NCBI GenBank assembly: GCA_964632315.1
Contig: CAZWEM010000010.1
Span: forward strand, 43,333-107,332
Reading direction: 5' to 3'
Origin: an uncultured archaeon
GTDB lineage: Archaea > Asgardarchaeota > Lokiarchaeia > Sigyniarchaeales > SOKP01
Length of the DNA stretch: 64,000 bases
Shown: in pieces, positions 28,312-38,624 of the stretch
Numbering within the stretch: position 1 is the stretch's first letter
Layout of the letters: every line of letters starts with the position of its first letter
Made by a program: the position numbers and the translations under genes
The notes under the pieces: generated by a model
The model's database searches: none
What the model was told of the DNA's origin: nothing
Seen by the model: the letters and a program-made list of their open reading frames with translations, nothing else

Positions 28312-29136
28312 ATGATGAACATTAAAAGAGTTATCTCTGCAATTGAAAAAAATTACATCATAAATAATTTGAAAAAAGGAGAAAGAATTGATGAGAGAGG
28401 ATTATGGGAATATCGTGATTTTAAAATTAAACACGATATAATCGCTTCTGCTGAAGGTTCTGCAGATGTATCCTTAGGAAAGACCAGAATAGTTACTGGT
28501 TTGAAATATGAGGTGGGTGAACCTTTCCCAGACATGCCAGACGAAGGTGTGTGTACTATTATGGCAGAATTACTGCCCGTTGCATCTCCGCTTTTCGAAA
28601 GAGGTCCTCCAGATGAACAATCTATTGAGTTAGCGAGGGTAGTCGATCGAGGTATTAGACACGCTGATTGTGTTCAAACTAAAAAATTATGTATCAAAGA
28701 AAAAGAATTAGTTTACATTTTGTTTGTAGATATGTATGTATTAAATTATGCTGGCAATTTGATTGATGCGGGAGGAGTGAGTTCTTTAATTTCACTTATT
28801 TCCAGTCACATCCCAGAAGGAAAAATTGAAGATGGAGAACTGGTTTGGACGGGAAAATATTTAACAGGAGATATGATCATAAAGGAGTTACCCTTAGTTT
28901 TAACCTTTGGAAAAATAGATGATATTATTTTTTTAGATCCGAATTTAGCTGAAGAATTAATTTCTGATGGTAAAATTTCAATATCCGTTACTGAAGATAG
29001 TATTACCTCTATCCAGAAAAGTGGAATAGCAACTTTTTCTATTGATGAAATAGAAATGTTATGCCAGAAAGCAATGGATATTGGAAAAGAATTGCGAAAG
29101 AAATTCGATCTTTGGCAATATAAAGTAAATTATTAA
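28312..29136 (+). CDS. rrp42: Exosome subunit Rrp42
   Basis: RIDERG..EYR, AEGSA.V.LGKT, PFPD.PDEG and GPPDE.SIELARVVDRGIR motifs. Confidence 0.95.
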   Translation: MMNIKRVISAIEKNYIINNLKKGERIDERGLWEYRDFKIKHDIIASAEGSADVSLGKTRIVTGLKYEVGEPFPDMPDEGVCTIMAELLPVASPLFERGPPDEQSIELARVVDRGIRHADCVQTKKLCIKEKELVYILFVDMYVLNYAGNLIDAGGVSSLISLISSHIPEGKIEDGELVWTGKYLTGDMIIKELPLVLTFGKIDDIIFLDPNLAEELISDGKISISVTEDSITSIQKSGIATFSIDEIEMLCQKAMDIGKELRKKFDLWQYKVNY

Positions 29137-29163
29137 CCATTTTTTTATTTGACTTTTTATTTT

Positions 29164-30135
29164 TTATTTTGATTTCCTTAAAGTTTCAAAAGTTCCATAA
29201 CCATCTTTAATCCCATCAAACTCAAAACTTCCAAAGGATTGCACTAAGATTGAACGATTACCCAATTCATCTTTAAAGGGAAGGGGAATGATTGGACCAA
29301 CTTTTCCCTTTAAAAAATGAGTTTCACCATAATAATCTAAAATTTCTATTTCTGAACTAATAGGGAAAATTCCATCAGATTCATTTTTTTCCTCTAATAG
29401 TTTTATTTGACGAACTGGAATGTTTGATCCATTTTTGTAAATAAAGCCTCCACTAGATATCTTCCCATTTTTAGTTATTATTGCTGCTGGGTTTAAAGCG
29501 AGGTTTTTATTAAACCAAATGACACAGTATATCCAATTACCGACACCTGTCCAGTCTCTAACTCCATATGTATGATCACGCTGACTCATCACATTATTGA
29601 TGGAAATTATATCTTCTCCGATTTTGATACATCCCTCAACCAGCCCAATTTGCTCCCAGTGTTTATCTCCCGATTTTTTTCCTATTTCTAAAGATTCTGG
29701 GGTCATAAATTTACTGTATTCATAAACTTTATTAATCGGTTTATAGGAAAGATTTAAATCTACTTTTTCAAGTTTAGTAATTAATTTAGGATTCTCATTC
29801 ACTTGCGGTAAATCTCTTGAATTTTTAACGAATATCATCTTCCCATTGAAGTTATAATCCCAGGTTCCATTTTCTTTCCATAGATGTTTCATTTTTTTTA
29901 CTTCAATATGATCATTAAATTCATTTATTTTAATTGTACGATAAAAGCCTGCTACGGATTTATCGGGGAAGTATAAAAAGAAAAAAGTCATCCCTTCTTT
30001 TTTATTTGGTTTAAATCCTATTCGAGACATTCCTCCGATTTGTTGAATCTTGTCATAAAAAACAAAGTAATAACTCTCATTCCAATCTGGGTGATTAGTA
30101 ATTTTTTCTGTATGTATTATTTTTTCCATAATCAT
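29164..30135 (-). CDS. Hypothetical protein with probable tocopherol-cyclase/AttH-like beta fold
   Basis: WNESYYF, GG.SRIG.KPN, HWEQ.G.V.G and RDHTYGVRDW motifs. Confidence 0.55.
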   Translation of the reverse strand: MIMEKIIHTEKITNHPDWNESYYFVFYDKIQQIGGMSRIGFKPNKKEGMTFFFLYFPDKSVAGFYRTIKINEFNDHIEVKKMKHLWKENGTWDYNFNGKMIFVKNSRDLPQVNENPKLITKLEKVDLNLSYKPINKVYEYSKFMTPESLEIGKKSGDKHWEQIGLVEGCIKIGEDIISINNVMSQRDHTYGVRDWTGVGNWIYCVIWFNKNLALNPAAIITKNGKISSGGFIYKNGSNIPVRQIKLLEEKNESDGIFPISSEIEILDYYGETHFLKGKVGPIIPLPFKDELGNRSILVQSFGSFEFDGIKDGYGTFETLRKSK

Positions 30136-32822
30136 TCCTTTTTTATTTTGATAATACCATTATAACCATTTAATGTTACAATTTGATTGTTACGAAATAT
30201 CTTGGTAGCATTTTGTATATTAGTAACTGCTGGGATACCATACTCTCGAGAAATAACCGCACCATGAGACAATATACCTCCTGTTTCTGTTATTAGACCT
30301 CCAATTTTGGAAAAAATAGGAGTCCAACCAGGATCAGTTCGAGGAACGATGAGAATCTCTCCTGATTGAACCGTTGAAATTTGGGAGATATTATTAATAA
30401 TGTGAATCGGTCCTGTTATCATACCATAACTAGCGGGAATCCCCTCATAAATATTACAATCCTCATCATATAATTCAATATCATCAAATTCCTTAGAACC
30501 AAGAAGAAATTTTGGAGGGAGGACATTTTCATATTTCTTAAAAATCTCAAGTCTTTTCTTAACTTTCTTTTTTAATTCAATAGACTTAAAGTTATTTTCT
30601 AAAAAGGAGTTAATTTCATTTTTAAATAGGAAAAAAATATTTAGTTTATCTGTTAAAATATTAGCATCCACTAGCAATTGACCAATTTTAAGATATAACA
30701 TCCTTATGCGAGATATCCAAGAATCGAGGTTAAATCTCTGATTTTCTCTGAAAACGATGTATTTCCGACTATTCTTTAAAATTCGTGAAAAAAGTATCCA
30801 TTTTAAAAATCCCAAATGTTCACTTTTGATTTTTGATTCCACAAGTTTTTCGATTTGTTCCCTCTTTTTATTTTGCTTTTCTTTGAAGTTCCCACTTTGA
30901 CCAATATTATTTTCAAAAATTAAAGATTTAATAACATCAAAAACTAAGCTTGGATCTTCGCACCATCTAGGATAATAAGGTTCACGTGTAAAACCTCTAT
31001 CACCATAATTATTTAGAAATTTATTAAATTCATATAGAAATATTTTTGTACCTTGATTATGGTCTTGGCTGATTTTACTATATAGCAATTTTGAGTCTTC
31101 CTTGATAACAATATCTCTCAAACTTTTTGATTGGTTAATTAGAAATGCCAATTGATGGATTTGATTATTTGTTTCTGTTAATTTATGTTTTAATCCCGAA
31201 ATCAGAAATGGATAATATTCTAATGCAAGCTTCTGTCCTAAGAAACGATTTAAAAGATATTGTGTTAACAAATTCATTCCAATATTGTGAATTGGAATCC
31301 CATATCTCACTAAACGAAAATGTGGTATCATTATTTCATCCAATTCTTCAGATAATTTAATTAAGGATCTTTTATCATAATTTTCTTTTAAATTCCCTAA
31401 TTTCTCATCAAATTCCTTACAAAAAGGTTTAAATTCCTTCTCGGTCCATTTTTCGTAGGTATCTGCTGTTCTTGACATTGCACCATCCGGATCATTGAAT
31501 TTTATCCGGATCTGAGCAAATAAATAACTTTTTAGATGGAAAGTGAGGTCCTTTATTGTATTCTTTCCATATGACCCAAACCCATTAGGAAAATAATTCA
31601 ACACATCTCTATTTCGCATAAAAGGCGGAATTTCGTATTCAACCTTTTTCTTCAATACATTTAAGTTAAAGTAGACATGTCCTTTGAATAGTTTTAAAAG
31701 TTGATTGTCTATTTCTTTATATCCCATAATACTATTTAATTCCATATTTACAACTTTAGTTAGATGTGTTCCTAGCAATTCAAAAAAAAGAGGTGTGGTA
31801 TTATCATTCCAGTAATCATCAGAATAACCTCGACTCCACAGAATTTGATTATTCTCTGATATTTTATCAACTGTGGTAATAGGACGACTTTGAAGAATAT
31901 GAATTATATTTTCGTCATCAATACTCCATTCTATATCTTGCGGTAAGTTTTGAAAAATCTTTTCTATTTTAAATCCTTGATAAGCTAATTGATAAAGTTG
32001 TTTTTCTGATAAAGAGCTTTTCCTATTTTGATTTCCTGTTAAAATTATATGCTCAATTCCCAAATCTTTTTTGGGTTGAGTTAAGAGTAACTTATTCCCT
32101 ATTCTTTTAGTATTAATCTTAAATTTATTCTCTTTCTCTCTTTGAAGAACATATTCATCTGGAGTAGAGATACCAGAAACGGTTGATTCTCCCAAACCAA
32201 AATTGGATTCAATTATAAATTCATTTTTATTTATGTCTAGTGGATTGCAAGTAAATAATACTCCTGAAACCTTAGCATTAATCATTTTCTGGATTATAAC
32301 AGCTAGCTCGACATCTTGATCGCTTAATTTGTTGTTCCTTCTATATATTAAGGCACGACTGTTCCAAACTGATGCATAACATTTCTTTATATGATTAAGA
32401 ACTTCTTCTAATCCATATACATTCAAAAATGTGTCATATTGTCCTGCAAATGAGGCCTTAGTGAGATCTTCTAAAAATCCAGAAGATCTAATTGCTACAG
32501 GATTCGATTCAAATAAATGTGAATAGGAGCGTAATTGATCTATTATCTCTTCTGGTATGCTACTTTTTTCAACCTTATCTCTAATTTTTTTTGAAGATTC
32601 TTCGAGCAAGCTCTCATCCTCGTAATTCAATTCGATATTGGAGATAATTTTAGGAATTTCATTTCTTTCCATAAACAGTTTATATGCATTAGATTTCAAA
32701 ACGATACCAGCAGGGACGTTTACGTCATTTTGAATTAGTATATTCAAATTTGCAGCTTTATTACCTACTTCATTTGCTTTTATATTATTTAAGTCAGTTA
32801 AATCTAAAATAAAGGTGTTCAT
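30132..32822 (-). CDS. PEP-utilizing enzyme of rifampicin-phosphotransferase-like architecture (ATP-grasp, substrate domain, swiveling His domain)
   Basis: GNKA.NL, AIRSS...ED...ASFAGQYDT, QDIEW and LQSRPIT; C-terminal TDPGWTP and TETGG.LSHGAVISREYGIPAV. Confidence 0.9.
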   Translation of the reverse strand: MNTFILDLTDLNNIKANEVGNKAANLNILIQNDVNVPAGIVLKSNAYKLFMERNEIPKIISNIELNYEDESLLEESSKKIRDKVEKSSIPEEIIDQLRSYSHLFESNPVAIRSSGFLEDLTKASFAGQYDTFLNVYGLEEVLNHIKKCYASVWNSRALIYRRNNKLSDQDVELAVIIQKMINAKVSGVLFTCNPLDINKNEFIIESNFGLGESTVSGISTPDEYVLQREKENKFKINTKRIGNKLLLTQPKKDLGIEHIILTGNQNRKSSLSEKQLYQLAYQGFKIEKIFQNLPQDIEWSIDDENIIHILQSRPITTVDKISENNQILWSRGYSDDYWNDNTTPLFFELLGTHLTKVVNMELNSIMGYKEIDNQLLKLFKGHVYFNLNVLKKKVEYEIPPFMRNRDVLNYFPNGFGSYGKNTIKDLTFHLKSYLFAQIRIKFNDPDGAMSRTADTYEKWTEKEFKPFCKEFDEKLGNLKENYDKRSLIKLSEELDEIMIPHFRLVRYGIPIHNIGMNLLTQYLLNRFLGQKLALEYYPFLISGLKHKLTETNNQIHQLAFLINQSKSLRDIVIKEDSKLLYSKISQDHNQGTKIFLYEFNKFLNNYGDRGFTREPYYPRWCEDPSLVFDVIKSLIFENNIGQSGNFKEKQNKKREQIEKLVESKIKSEHLGFLKWILFSRILKNSRKYIVFRENQRFNLDSWISRIRMLYLKIGQLLVDANILTDKLNIFFLFKNEINSFLENNFKSIELKKKVKKRLEIFKKYENVLPPKFLLGSKEFDDIELYDEDCNIYEGIPASYGMITGPIHIINNISQISTVQSGEILIVPRTDPGWTPIFSKIGGLITETGGILSHGAVISREYGIPAVTNIQNATKIFRNNQIVTLNGYNGIIKIKKE

Positions 32823-32969
32823 TTGTTTAAATCTATTCTTAATTTAAGTTATTAGATATACCTTGTAATTGAGATTTAAATAATTTAACCACAATCGAAA
32901 AATTAATTTGTAAGTAATTATTATTGAATTTGATTAAGAAAAAAATAGCTAATCAAGTGGATAAAACAT

Positions 32970-33263
32970 ATGGCTCGTATGAAAAAGAGTGGAATAAGTG
33001 CACGTTTTGGACCAAGATATGGAGCTAACGTGAGAAAAAAATGGCGTTTAGTGATGCAACAACAAAAAAGTGGTAACATTAAATGCCCAAAATGCCAAAC
33101 TAAAGGTTCTATCAAGAGAATTTCAAGTGGTGTTTGGTATTGCCGAAAATGTGAAGCTAAGTTTACTGGTGGTGCTTACTTTATCCAAACTCCTCGTGGA
33201 GCGGAATCTTTCAGAATAACAAAACAGAAACAGCGAGAATTAGAAGTACTGGAAGAAAAATGA
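32970..33263 (+). CDS. rpl37ae: 50S ribosomal protein L37Ae (eL43)
   Basis: RFGPRYG..VRK, CPKC, KR.SSGVW.C.KC and FTGGAY motifs. Confidence 0.96.
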   Translation: MARMKKSGISARFGPRYGANVRKKWRLVMQQQKSGNIKCPKCQTKGSIKRISSGVWYCRKCEAKFTGGAYFIQTPRGAESFRITKQKQRELEVLEEK

Positions 33264-33529
33264 ATCAAACAGCCTCTTTTTTTATTAAATCAAAAATAGA
33301 ATTAGCATTTTCTAAACCTGAATTGTCAAAATTTGCTTATAATTCATTTTTACCAGAATTAAACTCTAAAAGGAGTAATCGATCCGTTATTAATGTCAAA
33401 TTGAGTAATAAATCATTATTATTTTATGTCAAGAGTCGTGACATCACGGCATATAGGGCATCTATGAATGAGATTATTAATTTGGGGAAGATTATTGAGG
33501 ATACTATAGAAATATATGACTCAATTTAA
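33260..33529 (+). CDS. pcc1: KEOPS subunit Pcc1
   Basis: PE......RS and D.TA.RAS.N pattern; conserved position after rpl37ae. Confidence 0.8.
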   Translation: MNQTASFFIKSKIELAFSKPELSKFAYNSFLPELNSKRSNRSVINVKLSNKSLLFYVKSRDITAYRASMNEIINLGKIIEDTIEIYDSI

Positions 33530-33582
33530 ATTAGAAAATTTCTTATTTTAAAATTCATTCTATTCTTTAAAAAAATAATTGA

Positions 33583-33951
33583 GTGCAAAATAACATGACA
33601 ATAAATTTTGATCAATTAGATGATGCTACCAAGAAAAAGATCCAAGATCTCAATACACTAAGTCAAAATCTTGAGTTTTTAACACAACAGCGTATCCAAA
33701 TCGATAACTCAATGAGAGAAGCGGATTTAGCAATTGAAGAACTTGAAAAAACAACCGAAGATACTCTAGTTTATAAAAGTATAGGAGGAATTATGGTGAA
33801 AAGTGAAAGAAATCGCCTTCTTGATGAAAAAAAATCTCTAAAGAAAACATTAGAGATGAGATCTAAAACCATTATTCAAAAGATCGAACGTACCAAAACC
33901 AGCATTGAAACGATGCAAAAATCACTTCAAAATGATCTCCAACTTACATAA
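33583..33951 (+). CDS. pfdB: Prefoldin beta subunit
   Basis: Coiled coils flanking A.EEL......VYKSIG.IMV; superoperon context. Confidence 0.92.
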   Translation: MQNNMTINFDQLDDATKKKIQDLNTLSQNLEFLTQQRIQIDNSMREADLAIEELEKTTEDTLVYKSIGGIMVKSERNRLLDEKKSLKKTLEMRSKTIIQKIERTKTSIETMQKSLQNDLQLT

Positions 33952-33974
33952 CCTAATAAAATTCGAATTAATTC

Positions 33975-34970
33975 ATGCTTAGCTCTAAATTTGAAAAGAT
34001 TCTAGACTTTATAAATAATAAAAAAACTCTAGTTTTAACCCATAATTTATTAGATATTGATGCGTTAGCTTCTATTATCAGTTTTAAGTACTTGATAACA
34101 AAGTTAGAGCTTAATGGATTTTATTTTCATTTATCTTCTTTAACCAAATCAACAAAAGACTTTTTTTCCCTCTTTACTGATAAGTTCGGTGATTTTAATG
34201 TTCAAGATAGGATTATTGACTTGAAAGAAATTGAAGTATTTATTATCTTGGATACAAATAATTTAGACCAAGTCGAAGTGCCTAGCATCGAAAATAAAAG
34301 TCTTATTAATAAGTCCATTATTTTTATTGATCATCATTCTTTTCCTATTTTGAAAAATGAAAGTCAGAATAAATTAAACATTATTGAGGATAAATATAAC
34401 TCTACTTCAGAAATAATATTTGAATTATTTAAACACTATAACTTTAAAATTCCAATACCTTACATTTATCTTATAGCTGCAGGAATAATTAGTGATACCG
34501 GTTTTTTCAAACACGCCAATACGCGAGTTTTTCGAGGATTAGCAAGCCTTCTCGAGAATAAGGTAAATTATCAAGAGATTGTAGGCTTGTTAGATCATAA
34601 GAAAGACTTATCAGAAAAAATTGCGCAAATAAAGGGAGCTCAAAGGATAAAGCTATACCGAATGCGAGACATTTTAGTTGGCGTTAGTCATGTGAGTAAC
34701 TTTAGGGCTAAAGTCGCCACAAATTTATTAAAATTGGGTCTTGATATAAGCATTGTCTATTCTAAATTAAAAAAAGGCAATTTTATAACTGCAAGAGCGA
34801 AAAAACATATTTGTTTAGAGACTGGGCTACATCTAGGAAAATTATTGGAAATCATTAGTGATGGAAGAGGTGGAGGTCATGATGGAGCCGCTAGTGTGTT
34901 CTTTGATGAAGGTATAGATGAGAAACTTGAAGATTTACTAAAATTGATCCAAGAAATTTTAATTAGATGA
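33975..34970 (+). CDS. DHH family phosphoesterase
   Basis: TH...DIDA, ILDT, IDHH, GI.SDTG.F and GGGHDGAA motifs. Confidence 0.9.
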   Translation: MLSSKFEKILDFINNKKTLVLTHNLLDIDALASIISFKYLITKLELNGFYFHLSSLTKSTKDFFSLFTDKFGDFNVQDRIIDLKEIEVFIILDTNNLDQVEVPSIENKSLINKSIIFIDHHSFPILKNESQNKLNIIEDKYNSTSEIIFELFKHYNFKIPIPYIYLIAAGIISDTGFFKHANTRVFRGLASLLENKVNYQEIVGLLDHKKDLSEKIAQIKGAQRIKLYRMRDILVGVSHVSNFRAKVATNLLKLGLDISIVYSKLKKGNFITARAKKHICLETGLHLGKLLEIISDGRGGGHDGAASVFFDEGIDEKLEDLLKLIQEILIR

Positions 34971-35839
34971 ATTCAATAATTAAACAAGTAATTAGTATGT
35001 GCCTAATTAAATTTCATAACTTTTCTTTTAGATACAAAGGAAATGAAGATTATGCTTTAAAGGATATTAATTTAAAAATTGAATCAAATAAATTCATCTT
35101 ATTGGCTGGAGAAACCGGATCTGGGAAAACTACTTTCATCAGGTGCTTAAATGGACTAATTCCTCAATTTTATCCCGGTTTTTACAAAGGATATGTAGAA
35201 GTAGGAAAAAAAAATACTGAATCAACGCAAATTTCTAATCTTTCGACAGAGGTTGGAATTGTATTTCAAAATCCAGAAAATCAATTAATTGCGATGAATG
35301 TTGAACATGAAATTGCCTTTGGGCTAGAAAATCTGGGTGTTCATCCCGATATCATTAAAAGTAGAATAGATCAAGTTGTGAGATTAACAGAAATTGAAGA
35401 TTTATTGGATAAGGCGCCCTATGAATTAAGTGGCGGAGAACAACAAAGGGTAGCAATTGCATCAATTTTAGTATTAGAGCCAAGAATTATCATCTTGGAT
35501 GAACCTACCGCCAGTTTAGATCCATTATATGCTTGCAAAATTTTGACTTTACTTAAAAAAATTCAGAAAGAAAGAAAAATTTCAATAATTATAAGTGAAC
35601 ATAGATTAGATTTAGTTCTTCCCTTTGTAGATCAGATTATCCTTATTAAAGATGGAACAATTGGTTCTCAAGGTTATAGAGACGAAGTAATACATAGTAA
35701 AACATTCAAGAATTTGAATGTTAATAAACCTTTTATTTATTCATTTTTCAATAAATTGAACTTAAACAATATTAACACACCTGTTACCATCGACCAAGCA
35801 TTAATGATATTTCAACATCTAAGGAGTGACGATAAATGA
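34967..35839 (+). CDS. ECF transporter ATPase (EcfA)
   Basis: GETGSGKT, VFQNPENQ, LSGGEQQR, LDEP and EH motifs. Confidence 0.92.
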   Translation: MNSIIKQVISMCLIKFHNFSFRYKGNEDYALKDINLKIESNKFILLAGETGSGKTTFIRCLNGLIPQFYPGFYKGYVEVGKKNTESTQISNLSTEVGIVFQNPENQLIAMNVEHEIAFGLENLGVHPDIIKSRIDQVVRLTEIEDLLDKAPYELSGGEQQRVAIASILVLEPRIIILDEPTASLDPLYACKILTLLKKIQKERKISIIISEHRLDLVLPFVDQIILIKDGTIGSQGYRDEVIHSKTFKNLNVNKPFIYSFFNKLNLNNINTPVTIDQALMIFQHLRSDDK

Positions 35840-36669
35840 TTCGTTTAAAAGATATAAACTATCGATATCCAGATGGGACCATAGCATTAAGAAATATTAA
35901 TTTGCGAATTAGAAAGGGGGAATGTTTAGCTATTATGGGGCAAAATGGTGCAGGAAAAACCACATTAATTAGATTGTTAAATGGATTATTACGGCCCTCT
36001 TCTGGAGTTGTCTATTTTGATCAACAAGACATAAGCAATCAAACCATCGCATCCATGTCAACAAGGGTTGGTATTATATTTCAAAATCCTATGCATCAAC
36101 TTTTTTCTAACACAGTAGAAGATGAAATTAGATTTTCATTGAAGAGTATGAATCTCACTAAAAGTGAAATTGAAGAAAATGTCCTGAATACCCTGGTAAA
36201 ATATGATTTTGAGAGATATAAGAATCGCTCCCCAATCAACTTATCTGGAGGAGAAGCCAAGAAGTTAGCAATTGCTTCAATAATGTGTAGGGATCCAGAA
36301 GTGCTAGTATTTGATGAACCTACCCTTGGACAGGATGCCAAGGAAATAAATTTATTTATTGAGATGCTCAAAAGTGAAAAAAGGAAAAAAAAAACTATTA
36401 TAGTAGTTACTCACAATATAGAATTTGCATTTCAATACATCCCTCGAATTATTCTGATGAAACAGGGAAGAATTTTAGCTGATGGTCCTAGTTCCAAATT
36501 ATTAACAAACGAATTTCTCGTAAAAAATGCATCTTTAATTTATCCTCAAATTTATAGTTTCAAATTAGGATTAAAAAAAATTGGAATAAATGTACCAGAT
36601 GAGATTGTCAAAGATTTTGAATTAATTGAATTTTTATCGTCATATATTAAAAATCAAATTGAGTCTTAG
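35836..36669 (+). CDS. ECF transporter ATPase (EcfA')
   Basis: GQNGAGKT, FQNP..QLF, LSGGE and FDEPT.GQD motifs. Confidence 0.92.
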   Translation: MIRLKDINYRYPDGTIALRNINLRIRKGECLAIMGQNGAGKTTLIRLLNGLLRPSSGVVYFDQQDISNQTIASMSTRVGIIFQNPMHQLFSNTVEDEIRFSLKSMNLTKSEIEENVLNTLVKYDFERYKNRSPINLSGGEAKKLAIASIMCRDPEVLVFDEPTLGQDAKEINLFIEMLKSEKRKKKTIIVVTHNIEFAFQYIPRIILMKQGRILADGPSSKLLTNEFLVKNASLIYPQIYSFKLGLKKIGINVPDEIVKDFELIEFLSSYIKNQIES

Positions 36670-36679
36670 AGGTTTTAAT

Positions 36680-37447
36680 ATGTCGCTTCAATTTTTAAAT
36701 GCATTTAAGTTCCTTAAAAAGGACACAATTGTGCATAATCTAGACCCCCGTTCTAAATTAATATTCGCAATAATCTATACTATTAGTGCTTTATTATTTG
36801 TTGAAGTAATTCCCCTACTAATCATATTATTCACTTTAATTCCAATTATAATAATTGGAAGAATGTTTCGCATGTGGTTTAGAAGTATAACTGGAATGTC
36901 ATTTTTATTTCTTTTAATTATAATATTGAACACATTGTTTATTTCTTTTAATTTCGGAATAGCAATGGTCCTTAGGATTTTAATTATGATTTCAGCGTTT
37001 TCTATATTTTTTTTAACTGTTGATCCAAACGACTTAGCTTTATCACTTATTTCAATGAAAGTCCCCTATGAATTTGCTTTTTCGTTTTCATTAGCATTTA
37101 GATTCGTTCCAACTATCTCAAGAGAAGCTCAGAATATCATTGATGCTCAACAAAGCAGAGGATATGAGTTACAGCAAAAAGGAATTATTAATCAGATAAA
37201 AAACTTATTTCCTTTACTAGTACCTTTGATAATTAGTTCAATTAAAAGGGCTTTTAATGTGGCAGAAGCATTAGAATCAAGAGCTTTTGGAAGCAATAAT
37301 GAAAGGACTTATTATTACTCAATTAAATTTAGATCAAGAGATTGGATTTTCACTTCAATTTTAGTAATATTTTTAGTGATTTTTATAATTATAAGGTTAA
37401 ATCTCAATTTTTTACCATCTTGGTTATTATGGAGTTTCCCTTTATGA
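36680..37447 (+). CDS. ecfT: ECF transporter transmembrane component T
   Basis: LDPRSK, RFVP, AQQSRG and ALESRAF motifs. Confidence 0.9.
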   Translation: MSLQFLNAFKFLKKDTIVHNLDPRSKLIFAIIYTISALLFVEVIPLLIILFTLIPIIIIGRMFRMWFRSITGMSFLFLLIIILNTLFISFNFGIAMVLRILIMISAFSIFFLTVDPNDLALSLISMKVPYEFAFSFSLAFRFVPTISREAQNIIDAQQSRGYELQQKGIINQIKNLFPLLVPLIISSIKRAFNVAEALESRAFGSNNERTYYYSIKFRSRDWIFTSILVIFLVIFIIIRLNLNFLPSWLLWSFPL

Positions 37448-38073
37448 TGATTATTAAATTAAAAGGAATTGAATATTACATTGGAATAAATGCTATCAAA
37501 TTGAAGTTAAATACTATATCTTTAGAAGATACTTTAGCGCTAATACATAAAATTCAATTGAGTTTTTCGGGCTCTGTTATACAATTTTTCAATGATGAGT
37601 TTATACTAAATCAAAAACATATCGTTGATGCTTGTTATCATTTCATAAAATCATTCGGTTCAAATCGGAACATAGCTTCAAGTAAAAACATCGAATTATT
37701 ATTGTACTTAGCCTGTAACCGGCAAATTAAATTTAGTTTAAAAAATTTTGGTATTAATGAAGAAATCCTTGACAAAGGGGTATTACACTACTGTGTAATA
37801 CATAAAATTGATAAAATCTCCGAAATAGATAAAAAGTTAATAGCAGAACTGGATTCTATTCCGCAAAAGCCAAAAATTTTAGATAAATCCTTAGAAAAAT
37901 TCAACAAGATAAAAAAATTCTTCAATATTAAGGAGAAGCAAATAGATGTGATACTTAGATCTTACAATATTAAACCAGAAGATACAGTCTTAAATCTTGA
38001 AAATTTAGACTTATTTTACGTGAGTTTAAATGATTTAATTTCTGAGAAAATGGCATTACTCAGCTTAGAATAA
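37444..38073 (+). CDS. cgi121: KEOPS subunit Cgi121
   Basis: IQFFN, NIA....ELLLYLA..RQI..SL..FG and EKMALL motifs. Confidence 0.85.
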   Translation: MMIIKLKGIEYYIGINAIKLKLNTISLEDTLALIHKIQLSFSGSVIQFFNDEFILNQKHIVDACYHFIKSFGSNRNIASSKNIELLLYLACNRQIKFSLKNFGINEEILDKGVLHYCVIHKIDKISEIDKKLIAELDSIPQKPKILDKSLEKFNKIKKFFNIKEKQIDVILRSYNIKPEDTVLNLENLDLFYVSLNDLISEKMALLSLE

Positions 38074-38093
38074 ACTTAATAGACTCCTTTAAG

Positions 38094-38612
38094 TTATAAA
38101 TCCTTAGTTTTAATGATTGCATTTGGACTTAAATAGGAAATTCCAGATATATTTCCCAAAATTTCAATATGGATGATCTTATCAGGGTGTTCCAGATCAA
38201 CTTTATTATTTAAAATTGAGGCGATTTTTTTAATAAATGATTGTCTATTTATGTAAGGGCTTTTTCTACGATTCAGTACAATTTTAAAACTGTCTTCAGA
38301 ATGAATGTACTTGTAATAATTTGATTGAATGATTTCTGATATCGTTTGAACCTGAGTTTCACAAACGTAATCAATTGGTATAATTTTAAGAATAAATTGA
38401 AAAAAGTCGGGATTTTCTTTAGAGATTCTTTTAATTTTTTGAATTACAGTTTTATTATCAATTTTTGTTAATGCTATAAGAAGCCCTTGAAAATCCAATC
38501 TAGATATGATTGGATATTCGTCTCCGCACATAAGTAAGGTGAACCATAGTTCTGCTTTTGCGTTTTTCTCGTTAAATCTTGAAGTAGATATGAGTAAATT
38601 GAAATTTTTAAT
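38094..38612 (-). CDS. Stand-alone THUMP-domain protein; frame extends to an ATT at 38612 (ORF track starts at ATG 38531)
   Basis: N-terminal FNLLIST.R..E..A..E lies upstream of the first ATG; KIIPID, SF.I...RR and VDL..PD.II.IEI.G motifs. Confidence 0.75.
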   Translation of the reverse strand: MKNFNLLISTSRFNEKNAKAELWFTLLMCGDEYPIISRLDFQGLLIALTKIDNKTVIQKIKRISKENPDFFQFILKIIPIDYVCETQVQTISEIIQSNYYKYIHSEDSFKIVLNRRKSPYINRQSFIKKIASILNNKVDLEHPDKIIHIEILGNISGISYLSPNAIIKTKDL

Positions 38613-38624
38613 AAAAATCCCTCA

